DNA from: Syntrophales bacterium
Lineage (GTDB): Bacteria; Desulfobacterota; Syntrophia; Syntrophales; UBA2210
NCBI GenBank assembly: GCA_963666365.2
Contig: CAXXNF010000002.1
Coordinates: forward strand, 1,024,001 to 1,088,000
Direction of reading: 5' to 3'
DNA: 64,000 nucleotides
The translations under genes were made by a program, and so were the position numbers. A model generated the notes under the pieces. That model was given only the letters and a program-made list of their open reading frames with translations. It was not told the DNA's origin and searched no databases. Each line of letters begins with the position of its first letter. Position 1 is the stretch's first letter. Below, one piece after another: positions 9,427 to 18,456 of this stretch.

Positions 9427-9975
9427 ATGGAAGAGCTTTCCATGCATATACTCGACATTGTGGAAAACTCAACCCGCGCAGGCGCGCAGCTCGTGCGAAT
9501 TGCAATAAGGGAAAGCAAAATTGAAGATCGCTTGACAATCACAATCGAGGATGACGGCGCCGGCATGAGCGCGGAAATGTGCACACGGGTGCTTGATCCC
9601 TTTTTTACGACAAAAACGGTGCGACGAGTGGGGTTGGGACTTCCCCTTATCGCACAGGCGGCAAGGGCCGCGGAAGGCGATTTTGCTGTCGAATCGCAAG
9701 AGGGGAAGGGAACCAGGATTACCGCCCTGTTTCGCCTGAGCCATATCGACAGACAGCCCCTCGGCCGGATGGCGGAAACCGTTGTTGCGATGATCGTCGG
9801 CAATCCCTCGGTCGATTTTTGCTATTCTCACGAGTCCGATCAGGGTAATTATTCTCTCGACACGCGGGAGATCAGGAAGGTTATGGGTGATGTTCCCCTG
9901 CACCACAATGAAGTGCTGACGTTTATTAAAAACAGCGTAAATGAAGGATTAACTGAGATTGGTGCGGAACCATAG
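9427..9975 (+). CDS. Stand-alone histidine-kinase-like ATPase (HATPase_c)
   Basis: ELSMHILDIVENS, DDGAGM, DPFFTTK, GLGL; no sensor domain seen. Confidence 0.85.
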   Translation: MEELSMHILDIVENSTRAGAQLVRIAIRESKIEDRLTITIEDDGAGMSAEMCTRVLDPFFTTKTVRRVGLGLPLIAQAARAAEGDFAVESQEGKGTRITALFRLSHIDRQPLGRMAETVVAMIVGNPSVDFCYSHESDQGNYSLDTREIRKVMGDVPLHHNEVLTFIKNSVNEGLTEIGAEP

Positions 9976-10027
9976 CGTTGTTTGCTTATAGTTATAAATG
10001 ATATGAGGCAGGAGGAGGAACTGTTTT

Positions 10028-10522
10028 ATGAAGTCTGACAATGACATGCTTTTGGAAGAGTTCATGCCGGAGCAAATCCAGCAGCTGGATGAAATCATCG
10101 ATGCCTATCGGGGCAAGCCGGGGGGACTGATTCCCGTTCTTGAAAAAGCGCAGGAGCTTTTGGGATTTTTACCCGTGTCTATCCAGCAGCGAATAGGAGA
10201 CGGATTGAATATTCCGCTCAGTCAGGTATACGGCGTGGTCACATTCTACTCGTTTTTTACGATGCAGCCACGAGGGAAACACACCGTGCGCGTGTGCCTC
10301 GGAACGGCCTGTTATGTGCGCGGAGGAAAGAAAATTGCTGAAAACATCGAAAAGCTGTTCGGAATAAAAGAAGGCGAAACAACTCCGGATCGCATGTTCA
10401 CTTACGAAACAGTTCGCTGTCTCGGCGCCTGTGGATTAGGCCCTGTGGTTGTAGTAGACGACGATGTCCACGGACGGGTAAAACCGGACAAGCTTAAATC
10501 AATCCTTGATCAATATAATTAA
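10028..10522 (+). CDS. NuoE/HydC-like 2Fe-2S subunit
   Basis: VVTFYSFF, VCLGTACYVRG, CLGACGLGP. Confidence 0.92.
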   Translation: MKSDNDMLLEEFMPEQIQQLDEIIDAYRGKPGGLIPVLEKAQELLGFLPVSIQQRIGDGLNIPLSQVYGVVTFYSFFTMQPRGKHTVRVCLGTACYVRGGKKIAENIEKLFGIKEGETTPDRMFTYETVRCLGACGLGPVVVVDDDVHGRVKPDKLKSILDQYN

Positions 10523-10532
10523 GGGGTGAATC

Positions 10533-10916
10533 ATGGCAAAATTGAAAATTGAAGATTTGAAAAAGATCAAAGAGAGGATTCATCAGGAAAACGCCCTCAG
10601 GGAAGGTGACAGGAGAGTGCGCGTAACCGTCCATATGGGTACCTGCGGCATCGCCGCCGGCGCCCGAGAGGTGATGAATTCGCTCATGAATGAAATTGAA
10701 GAAGCTGGGGTTTCCGATGTTGCAGTCACCACTTCCGGCTGCATGGGCCTTTGCAGCAGAGAGCCTGAAATTACTGTGGAAATTCTCGGAACGGACCCTA
10801 TCGTGTATGAGTATGTCAATCCGAATAAGATGCGCCAGATCTTTAAACGCCACATTTTGGAAGGCGAAATTCAGACGCCCTTTGTATTGGCACGAGGGAA
10901 AGAGCAGCAGGACTGA
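10533..10916 (+). CDS. Thioredoxin-like 2Fe-2S ferredoxin (HydD/HndB-like)
   Basis: VHMGTCGIAAGA and SGCMGLCSREP. Confidence 0.87.
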   Translation: MAKLKIEDLKKIKERIHQENALREGDRRVRVTVHMGTCGIAAGAREVMNSLMNEIEEAGVSDVAVTTSGCMGLCSREPEITVEILGTDPIVYEYVNPNKMRQIFKRHILEGEIQTPFVLARGKEQQD

Positions 10917-10966
10917 GGAATGAGCTGCGAAGCAATTAACATACTACAGGAGGAGGTTCATATCCG

Positions 10967-13900
10967 ATGAAGGTTTTTCGGTCTCATATACTTATCTGCG
11001 GCGGCACCGGCTGCCATGCCACAGGGAGCCTTGCGGTTAAACAGGCCCTGACGGCGGAATTGGCGACGCAGGGCCTTTCAGACGAAATTAAAATTATTGA
11101 AACGGGATGTAACGGTTTTTGCGCCATGGGCCCGGTCATGGTCGTATACCCCGACGGCATCATGTATGTGGAAGTGAAAACGGAAGACATCCCGGAACTG
11201 GTGGAAGAACATTTTCTTAAGGGAAGACCTTTAGAGAGGCTCTTCTACAAAGAGCCGACCACCGAGGAGCGAATCCCCGAAATGAGCGAAATTCCCTTCT
11301 TTGCCCATCAGAAACTTCGTGTCCTCAGAAATAAAGGCCTGATCGACCCGGAAGTGATTGACGAATACATCGCCCGCGACGGCTACGCGGGGATGGCTAA
11401 AGCCCTTACGGAAATGACGTCGGACGACATCGTGAAGGAACTGCTCGATTCCGGTCTCCGCGGCAGGGGCGGCGCGGGGTTCCCCACCGGCCTCAAATGG
11501 AAGTTTGCCTCTCAATCCAAAAGCGACATTAAATACGTGCTCTGCAACGCCGACGAGGGCGACCCCGGCGCGTTCATGGATCGAAGCGTGCTGGAAGCCG
11601 ACCCTCATGCCGTGCTCGAAGGCATGATCATTGCGGCTAAGGCGATCGGTTCCAGCAAAGGGTTCATCTATTGCCGCGCCGAATATCCTCTGGCCATTCG
11701 CCGACTCACCATCGCCATTGCGCAGGCGAAAGAGTACGGTCTTTTGGGAGAAAACATTCTGGACACAGGCTTTAATTTTGATATCGAGATTTATCAGGGT
11801 GCCGGCGCCTTCGTCTGCGGCGAAGAAACAGCCCTGATGACATCGATCGAAGGCAAGCGCGGCATGCCCCGTCCCCGTCCCCCCTTCCCCGCCGTGGCAG
11901 GTCTCTGGAAAAAACCCAGCATCTTGAACAACGTAGAGACATTAGCCAATGTAGGTCAGATTATCCACAAGGGAAGTGAATGGTTTGCCTCGGTAGGCAA
12001 TGACAAGAGCAAGGGAACGAAGGTCTTCGCCCTTACCGGCGACGTCAATAACGTGGGTCTCGTGGAAGTGCCCATGGGAACGCCGCTGGGAACGATCGTC
12101 TTTGACATCGGCGGCGGAATCCCCAGGGGGAAAAAGTACAAGGCGGCACAGCTGGGCGGTCCCTCGGGCGGCATGATCCCCATCCAGCACCTGAACGCAC
12201 CCGTTGATTTCGAAACGGTAGCCGAACTGGGCGCCATTATGGGATCGGGCGGCATGATCGTCATGAACGAGGATATGTGTCCCGTCGATATGGCCCGCTT
12301 TTTCATGGATTTCTGCCAGGATGAATCCTGCGGAAAATGCACCCCCTGCCGCGAAGGAACAAAGCGGATGCTCGAAATTCTGACCAATATCTGCGAGGGT
12401 AGAGGCAAGGAGGGCGACATCGAACTCCTGGAAGAAATGGCACAGGTCATCAAGGACTCCGCACTCTGCGGTCTCGGACAGACGGCGCCCAATCCCGTGC
12501 TGAGCACGATTCGCTACTTCAGGGATGAATACGAGGCGCATATCAGAGAGAAACACTGTCCCGCAGGCGTCTGCTCGGCCCTCTTCAAATCGCCCTGCCA
12601 GAACGCCTGTCCCATCGGCATGGACGTGCCCTCCTATCTCGCTCTGGTCCGGGCCGGCCGCTTTGACGACGCCTACAAGGTTCTTCTGAGAACCAATCCC
12701 TTCCCCGCCGCATGCGGCAGGGTCTGTGATCACCAATGTCAATCCAAGTGTCGTCGTTCAACACTCGATGAAGCACTTGCCATCAAGTTTGTCAAACGCT
12801 TCATTACGGACAACGCCGCAAAACCGAAGGTTGAAGCCGTTCCTGTCACCAGGAGCGAAAAGATCGCCGTTATCGGCGCCGGCCCCTCGGGACTCACGGC
12901 CGCAAAGGACCTTGCGCTTCGCGGCTATGGTGTAACGGTGTACGAAGAACTTCCCGAAGCCGGCGGCATGATGCGCTACGGAATTCCTTCCTACCGGCTT
13001 CCCCGCGAAATTCTCGCCGGTGAAGTGGAGGACATCAAGGCCCTTGGCGTCGAAATCATTTGCAATACCAGAGTGGGCCGCGATATTTCCTTCGGCACAA
13101 TCAATGAAGACTTCGACTATATTTACCTTGCCCCGGGTGCACACGAAAGTCAGCGGCTGGGCGTCGAGGGCGAAGAGGCCGCAGGCGTATACGGCGGCGT
13201 TGAATTCCTTCGCGACTTCAATATCAATGAAGATTCCTGGACAAAGGCTGAGAAATCTTTGGGTTCGAGGGTTGCCGTGATCGGCGGCGGAAACTCCGCA
13301 ATCGACGCAGCCCGCGTGGCCGTCCGTCTGGGCGCCGATGTCACGATCCTCTACCGGCGGACCCGCGAAGACATGCCGGCTGCCGAAGAAGAAATAGTGG
13401 CCGCTGAACATGAGGGCATCAAGATCGAATACTTTGTGGCCCCCACGAAGGTACTGAGCGAGGGCGGCAGGGTAACCGGCATTGCCTGTGAACGCATGCA
13501 GCCCGGCGATTTCGACCGCAGCGGTCGACGTCGGCCCGTGCCCGTCGAGGGATCGGAATTCACCCTAAGCGTGGATGCCGTCATCTCCGCGATAGGCCAG
13601 CAGCCCGATGTCGGTTTCGTTCCCGAAGACAGCGGCGTTTCCATCAACAAGTGGTCCTGTTTTGACCTGGCCGACGGGAAAAAGGCGGAGACGACCAATG
13701 CGAAATTCTACGCCGGTGGTGATGCCGTTACCGGACCCTGGACCGTGGTAGGCGCCATTCAGGCCGGACATGATGCCGCTGCCGAAATCGATGGCGCCAT
13801 TCGTGCGATAAGCGGCGAACCGGCCTGGGAAGCTCCGGCGGAACCGCACATTGAAATACCCTTTGAGATCGACGAAGAATCGGAAGAACAGCCCCAGGCG

Positions 13901-14023
13901 GCAATGCCGGAACTGGAAGCGGCCAAACGAAAGGTTAATTTCGTCGAAGTGGAGCTGGGGTTCTCCATTGAAACCGCAATCAAAGAGGCATCGCGATGTC
14001 TCAGGTGCGACGCCGAAATTTAA
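10967..14023 (+). CDS. NuoF/HydB-like FMN-NADH subunit fused to a GltD/NfnB-like FAD-NADPH domain
   Basis: N-terminal CGGTGC 2Fe-2S domain, GRGGAGFP, NADEGDPGAFMDR, CGKCTPCREG; then CQNACP, CGRVC, GAGPSG, GGGNSA..YRR, RCLRC. Confidence 0.9.
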   Translation: MKVFRSHILICGGTGCHATGSLAVKQALTAELATQGLSDEIKIIETGCNGFCAMGPVMVVYPDGIMYVEVKTEDIPELVEEHFLKGRPLERLFYKEPTTEERIPEMSEIPFFAHQKLRVLRNKGLIDPEVIDEYIARDGYAGMAKALTEMTSDDIVKELLDSGLRGRGGAGFPTGLKWKFASQSKSDIKYVLCNADEGDPGAFMDRSVLEADPHAVLEGMIIAAKAIGSSKGFIYCRAEYPLAIRRLTIAIAQAKEYGLLGENILDTGFNFDIEIYQGAGAFVCGEETALMTSIEGKRGMPRPRPPFPAVAGLWKKPSILNNVETLANVGQIIHKGSEWFASVGNDKSKGTKVFALTGDVNNVGLVEVPMGTPLGTIVFDIGGGIPRGKKYKAAQLGGPSGGMIPIQHLNAPVDFETVAELGAIMGSGGMIVMNEDMCPVDMARFFMDFCQDESCGKCTPCREGTKRMLEILTNICEGRGKEGDIELLEEMAQVIKDSALCGLGQTAPNPVLSTIRYFRDEYEAHIREKHCPAGVCSALFKSPCQNACPIGMDVPSYLALVRAGRFDDAYKVLLRTNPFPAACGRVCDHQCQSKCRRSTLDEALAIKFVKRFITDNAAKPKVEAVPVTRSEKIAVIGAGPSGLTAAKDLALRGYGVTVYEELPEAGGMMRYGIPSYRLPREILAGEVEDIKALGVEIICNTRVGRDISFGTINEDFDYIYLAPGAHESQRLGVEGEEAAGVYGGVEFLRDFNINEDSWTKAEKSLGSRVAVIGGGNSAIDAARVAVRLGADVTILYRRTREDMPAAEEEIVAAEHEGIKIEYFVAPTKVLSEGGRVTGIACERMQPGDFDRSGRRRPVPVEGSEFTLSVDAVISAIGQQPDVGFVPEDSGVSINKWSCFDLADGKKAETTNAKFYAGGDAVTGPWTVVGAIQAGHDAAAEIDGAIRAISGEPAWEAPAEPHIEIPFEIDEESEEQPQAAMPELEAAKRKVNFVEVELGFSIETAIKEASRCLRCDAEI

Positions 14024-14063
14024 CCCGATGATAGCGGCTCAATAGCATTGATCCAGATGAAAG

Positions 14064-14094
14064 AAGCCCCCTTCGATATCGAGGGGGGCTTTTT
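14064..14094 (+). terminator. Intrinsic terminator closing the oxidoreductase operon
   Basis: AAGCCCCCTTCGATATCGAGGGGGGCTTTTT. Confidence 0.8.
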
Positions 14095-14107
14095 GGTAGC
14101 ACTTTAC

Positions 14108-14785
14108 ATGACCGGCACTATTGTTAATACAGGGACAGTACTTTTGGGAAGCGCCATAGGCCTATCGGTCGGACGCTATCTTCCCGAACGCATAAAAACA
14201 ACGGCAATGCAGGCCCTGGGCCTCTCGGTGCTTCTTATCGGCATGCAAATGGCCCTCTCAGGCAAGGAAGTTATCGCCGTTATTGCCTGTCTGCTTCTTG
14301 GGGCAATTGCGGGTGAAGCGTTGAGAATAGAACAGGGAATAGCTCAGTGCGGCGCCTGGTTGAAAGGGAAAACCGGGTCTCAGTCAGGAACCTTTGTGGA
14401 AGGATTCGTTACCGCATCGGTGCTGTATTGCACGGGCGCCATGATGATCGTCGGTGCCATACAGGACGGGACCACCGGCGATGCCGGTACGCTGTACATA
14501 AAATCTATTCTGGACGGCGTCGCATCTGTCGCCTTGGCGTCCACATTAGGAATTGGGGTGGCCTTCTCAGCACTCTCCGTTTTCATTACCCAGGGCGCCA
14601 TAACAGTTCTTGCTTCAAAACTGCTTTTTCTCCAGGACCCCCGGGTTCTCGCCATGATCACCGCCACAGGCGGACTCATGATCCTCGGGATCGGGACCAA
14701 CATCCTCGGCCTCACGAAAATAAGGATCGGCAACCTGATTCCGGGACTTATCTTCGCAATCCTCTGGGCTGTTTTGCATGGATAG
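14108..14785 (+). CDS. DUF554-family membrane protein
   Basis: MTGTIVNT, GFVTASVLYCTGAM, KSILDG; start moved to ATG 14108, downstream of the terminator. Confidence 0.85.
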   Translation: MTGTIVNTGTVLLGSAIGLSVGRYLPERIKTTAMQALGLSVLLIGMQMALSGKEVIAVIACLLLGAIAGEALRIEQGIAQCGAWLKGKTGSQSGTFVEGFVTASVLYCTGAMMIVGAIQDGTTGDAGTLYIKSILDGVASVALASTLGIGVAFSALSVFITQGAITVLASKLLFLQDPRVLAMITATGGLMILGIGTNILGLTKIRIGNLIPGLIFAILWAVLHG

Positions 14786-15340
14786 GCATTTTTCGGCAAT
14801 CTCTTCCGCCAGCGCTACAATATCGTCGCCAATGTCCCATGGCTGATCAACGGATGCCGCCTGAATAATATAAATTTCACCAAATCCGAGCCTTTTGAAC
14901 AGCCCTTCATATCGCTCATATATGTCAGCATGCCAGTCTTTAGACCCACCTTGTGTCTGAATGAAGACCAGTGTTTTCCCGGCGGGCACTCGAGAAGGTT
15001 CGGGGTTTGTTTCATAATCCGGCTTAAGGAATGAAAACAGCCTGGATTCAAAAATGAACAGGTTCCCCGTCACATCTCCCTCATAGACCCCCGTGGAAAG
15101 AACAAGAATATCGCATGCCATGAGAGAATCGAATATTGTGGTGATATCGTCCCGGATTATGCACTTGTCGGTCGAGGTTTTGCAGGACATGCATTTTTTG
15201 CACCCGCTGATATGCATGCCTCCAAGGGTGAAGCTCTCTATCTCCGCACCAAGCCGGCCGCCTTTTTCAAGAAATCGCTTGGCAATAGCAGCGCTTGAAC
15301 CATTTACCATGCTTCCGTACACATTGAGAATCTTCATCAT
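14615..15340 (-). CDS. Iron-sulfur flavoprotein / flavodoxin-fold protein
   Basis: YGS..NGSS, GCKKCMSC....C, DDI, ACDILVLST; C-terminal tail overlaps DUF554. Confidence 0.8.
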   Translation of the reverse strand: MMKILNVYGSMVNGSSAAIAKRFLEKGGRLGAEIESFTLGGMHISGCKKCMSCKTSTDKCIIRDDITTIFDSLMACDILVLSTGVYEGDVTGNLFIFESRLFSFLKPDYETNPEPSRVPAGKTLVFIQTQGGSKDWHADIYERYEGLFKRLGFGEIYIIQAASVDQPWDIGDDIVALAEEIAEKCLSMQNSPEDCEDKSRNQVADPYFREAEDVGPDPEDHESACGGDHGENPGVLEKKQF

Positions 15341-15383
15341 GCACACCTCATGGATTCAAAAAACGTATACCATATTATAGTTC

Positions 15384-16676
15384 TTATTCGCCAATAGACT
15401 CTTCATCGGGTTCTCCCTCCCATCCAATTCCAGTAATGTGATCGTGAATAGTCCCGTCAACCTCGACAAACTTGCCGTTTATCGGAAGCTTGGTGATGTT
15501 GGAATATTTCGTGATGGGCCGTATATAGTTAAGCCAGGATTCAACGGCATATTCTTTAAGGAATTGTATGACTTGCTCCCGGCACATCCCGAGGGCAAAA
15601 AGACCGAATGAGATATTGCGCTGCTTCGCATCATCTATAAATTGCGATATCCAACCGATTCTAGTCCGCCGTATCCGTTCAGGGAAGGGATCCAGGTGCT
15701 GCCGGTCAAGGCTGATCCGGACCTCAGCATTCTTGCCGGTGAGCACTGCCAGATACTCCTGATAAAGCGGTGAACCGATGAACGTCCCGTTGCTTTCCAA
15801 TACAACGTGAATCCCTTTTTGTAACGCAGGGTGAATAAAATCCTCAATCAGGTTTTCGGTGAGCGTCGGTTCCCCACCACGCAGAGAGATCATTTCATCT
15901 TTTTGTACCGTTTCGATATGCTTCCTGAACACGGCGGGATCCATGTCGTCACCGGTTTTTAAAACATAACAGGCGGGACAATTAAAATTACATTTGCCGT
16001 TCACCTGAATGATGTACTTCGCTTGATCATAGGGCATCCTGTCTGGTTTCTCTTTCGTATAGAGTACCGTCCGAACCGCGTGCTCGGGGGTGGGATACCA
16101 TGACGGTGAGTAAAAGATGCTGAGGGGATAATAATCGCATGATTCCATTATTGCGTCGATGTCCAACATCCGCGCAGAATATGTTTTCACTGTTTTCATG
16201 AACTCGTTCTTCAGCTCAGGAAAACATGACGAGCTTGCTCTGATTTGTTCGGACGATAATTCAGGGTTTGATATGACGATGTAAGTGGGCGATTGTGAGG
16301 CCACCTTGCGCAGTACGGCCAGAGGATCATCAACCCACAACAGGGACAAGATCAAATACACCAGGTCAAATGACCGGTCTCCGAAATCAGCGGCTTCAAT
16401 GTTTCCCTCAAGAGTCTCGATCCGATCATCATGATACTCCTCAATAAACGCCCCGAGCATCTGACTATCCGGATCAACAATCAACGCCGTTTCAATACTT
16501 TTTGGAAAACAGATATTTTTTGAAACGCGCATGCCCGCCCCGACATCAAGTATATGCTGAACTGGCAGATCCTTAAGGAGTTCTTTTACATGCCAGAGAA
16601 GGCACATGTTGTCCCGACCGAACGTATCGTAAAACATGTCACGTAAGCTACTACGTGTTGCATCAATCACCATCAC
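15384..16676 (-). CDS. Class I SAM methyltransferase fused to a radical SAM domain
   Basis: ILDVGAG and SFDLV in the N-half; CNFNCPAC, GGEPTL, ESNGT, ISLD in the C-half. Confidence 0.85.
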   Translation of the reverse strand: MMVIDATRSSLRDMFYDTFGRDNMCLLWHVKELLKDLPVQHILDVGAGMRVSKNICFPKSIETALIVDPDSQMLGAFIEEYHDDRIETLEGNIEAADFGDRSFDLVYLILSLLWVDDPLAVLRKVASQSPTYIVISNPELSSEQIRASSSCFPELKNEFMKTVKTYSARMLDIDAIMESCDYYPLSIFYSPSWYPTPEHAVRTVLYTKEKPDRMPYDQAKYIIQVNGKCNFNCPACYVLKTGDDMDPAVFRKHIETVQKDEMISLRGGEPTLTENLIEDFIHPALQKGIHVVLESNGTFIGSPLYQEYLAVLTGKNAEVRISLDRQHLDPFPERIRRTRIGWISQFIDDAKQRNISFGLFALGMCREQVIQFLKEYAVESWLNYIRPITKYSNITKLPINGKFVEVDGTIHDHITGIGWEGEPDEESIGE

Positions 16677-16816
16677 GATCTCCCCTTGAGATACAAGAAT
16701 TCTGCTTTGTAGTGCTCCCCCTGCTTAGGAAATTTCACTGCACAGCATATTTGAGGAAATCCAGACCCGGCACTGCCGGCGGCCATTGCCATGGTTGCCC
16801 CCCCCTGGTTATACAT
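16673..16816 (-). CDS. Unannotated small peptide ORF (47 aa, or 39 aa from ATG 16792)
   Basis: Translated by hand: MYNQGGATMAMAAGSAGSGFPQICCAVKFPKQGEHYKAEFLYLKGRS; fills the whole gap; TGATG overlap with the next gene. Confidence 0.4.
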   Translation of the reverse strand: MYNQGGATMAMAAGSAGSGFPQICCAVKFPKQGEHYKAEFLYLKGRS

Positions 16817-16818
16817 TC

Positions 16819-18300
16819 TTACCTGATATATTGCCTGTCCCTAATCACGGCAACCATAATCAGGGCGCTCAATCCGATAATGCACAGCCACGCGAAGGCG
16901 TCCCCGATTAGCGAATAAATTGTAAAAACTGATTTCACCGGCATATCGACCAACATGATCCTCTCGTGCGACGTAGCATAATCCTGTTTGGCTATAACCC
17001 TCCCGCAATGGTCAGCCGCTATTGAAAGTCCTTCACCGGTGGGCTTGAGTATGGAATAACCGTTTTCAATACCCCGGAAAACGGCCATGCGCGAATGCAC
17101 GGGGGTGAGCGTTTCACCGTCGAATGCAGGGATCAGAAAAAGGCCGATACCGTGCCCCGCTGATCGTACATACCCGGGGTGATCAAAATCGAAACAGGTG
17201 ACCGAGGCAATTTTTCCAACCGGGGTATCCAATACGGGAATTATTTTATCACCTTTTTTAAAGAAAGGTTTTTCTATTATCGGCACCAGATAGCTTTTTA
17301 AATATTTCCATGCAATCTCCCCAGCAGGATCAATAAGTACTATAACATTTTCGCCTTTCTCTTTTTGCATGCTATCCAATAGACCGACGTCCATGAGTAA
17401 ATAGATCTTTTTATCGGCGGCAATTCTTTGCCCACTTTTGACAAATGTGTCCATGTCTTCGGTGGAGATCAAATCACCGTATTCCTTCCAGGCGATGATC
17501 TGTGCGCCGGCATCCGCTGCCTTCACAGTCTGCGATTCCAGTATCATCACTGATTTTTGCAAATGAAACGGCGATATTCCCGAAAACGCTCCCATGATTC
17601 TTGCGACGATATCCGAAGGTGTTGTCACTGCCGCCACACGGACAGATGTTTCCGAGGGTTTGATCACGATCAGCCGCGCACCGCCATAGAGTATGACGAC
17701 CGCGAACACGCACAAATAAATTCCTGCGGTCTTCCCGATTTTTTTCCAGGCGAAGCCATTTTCCCAGCAGTAGTTGATGGTCGATGCGAACCAGGCTATC
17801 AAAAAGACAATCCCCCAGATGCCCGTTATGGATACAATCTGTATCAGGGGCAGATTCCCGAATTGTGAATAGGCGAGGGAGCCATAGGTTCCACTACCGG
17901 GACGAAACGACATGACATATTCCATGACCGTTACCGCTATCGGAAATATCAATGTCGACAGAAAACCGGGCAGGCGTCGGGCAATCAGCCTGTCGGCAAG
18001 GTACGGTATGGCCACGAATAAGGCCGGTATGAGATTAAACAAGACCCACATCGACAATGGCAGCGGAAACAGCCCGTACCAAATTATTGATGACGATATG
18101 GTTATCACCACGACGGTGAACAGATAACCGACCAGCGGCTTTTGACATCGGACGAAGCGAAGGAGCAGAGGCAGAGCGAGCCAGGGGGCACCGGCATAAG
18201 CCCACCGGCCACCTGAAAATATCAGAAAAACAAGAGAAAGAATCAGCCAGAGGTACGACCAGCCGCCTGCCGCGAAGCGAGACTTTGATTGTTGTTCCAT
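16819..18300 (-). CDS. Membrane-bound CN-hydrolase, apolipoprotein N-acyltransferase-like
   Basis: Multi-TM N-terminus, SLAYSQ, QIVSITGIWG; E-K-C triad in AWKE, YLKSYLVP, TCFD. Confidence 0.82.
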   Translation of the reverse strand: MEQQSKSRFAAGGWSYLWLILSLVFLIFSGGRWAYAGAPWLALPLLLRFVRCQKPLVGYLFTVVVITISSSIIWYGLFPLPLSMWVLFNLIPALFVAIPYLADRLIARRLPGFLSTLIFPIAVTVMEYVMSFRPGSGTYGSLAYSQFGNLPLIQIVSITGIWGIVFLIAWFASTINYCWENGFAWKKIGKTAGIYLCVFAVVILYGGARLIVIKPSETSVRVAAVTTPSDIVARIMGAFSGISPFHLQKSVMILESQTVKAADAGAQIIAWKEYGDLISTEDMDTFVKSGQRIAADKKIYLLMDVGLLDSMQKEKGENVIVLIDPAGEIAWKYLKSYLVPIIEKPFFKKGDKIIPVLDTPVGKIASVTCFDFDHPGYVRSAGHGIGLFLIPAFDGETLTPVHSRMAVFRGIENGYSILKPTGEGLSIAADHCGRVIAKQDYATSHERIMLVDMPVKSVFTIYSLIGDAFAWLCIIGLSALIMVAVIRDRQYIR

Positions 18301-18456
18301 AACTCAAATCTCCTTTCTCGTGACAAATTGTATCGCTCTTGTGCCGTATTGTACCCGATAGGGAGGTTAATGCTTGCCAGCCAATGCTCTTTTTGTTTCA
18401 AATCTTGCTATTCTGTTACGGGAGGGGGTGGTTCCGGAACGGAAAGAGACAGGGAT

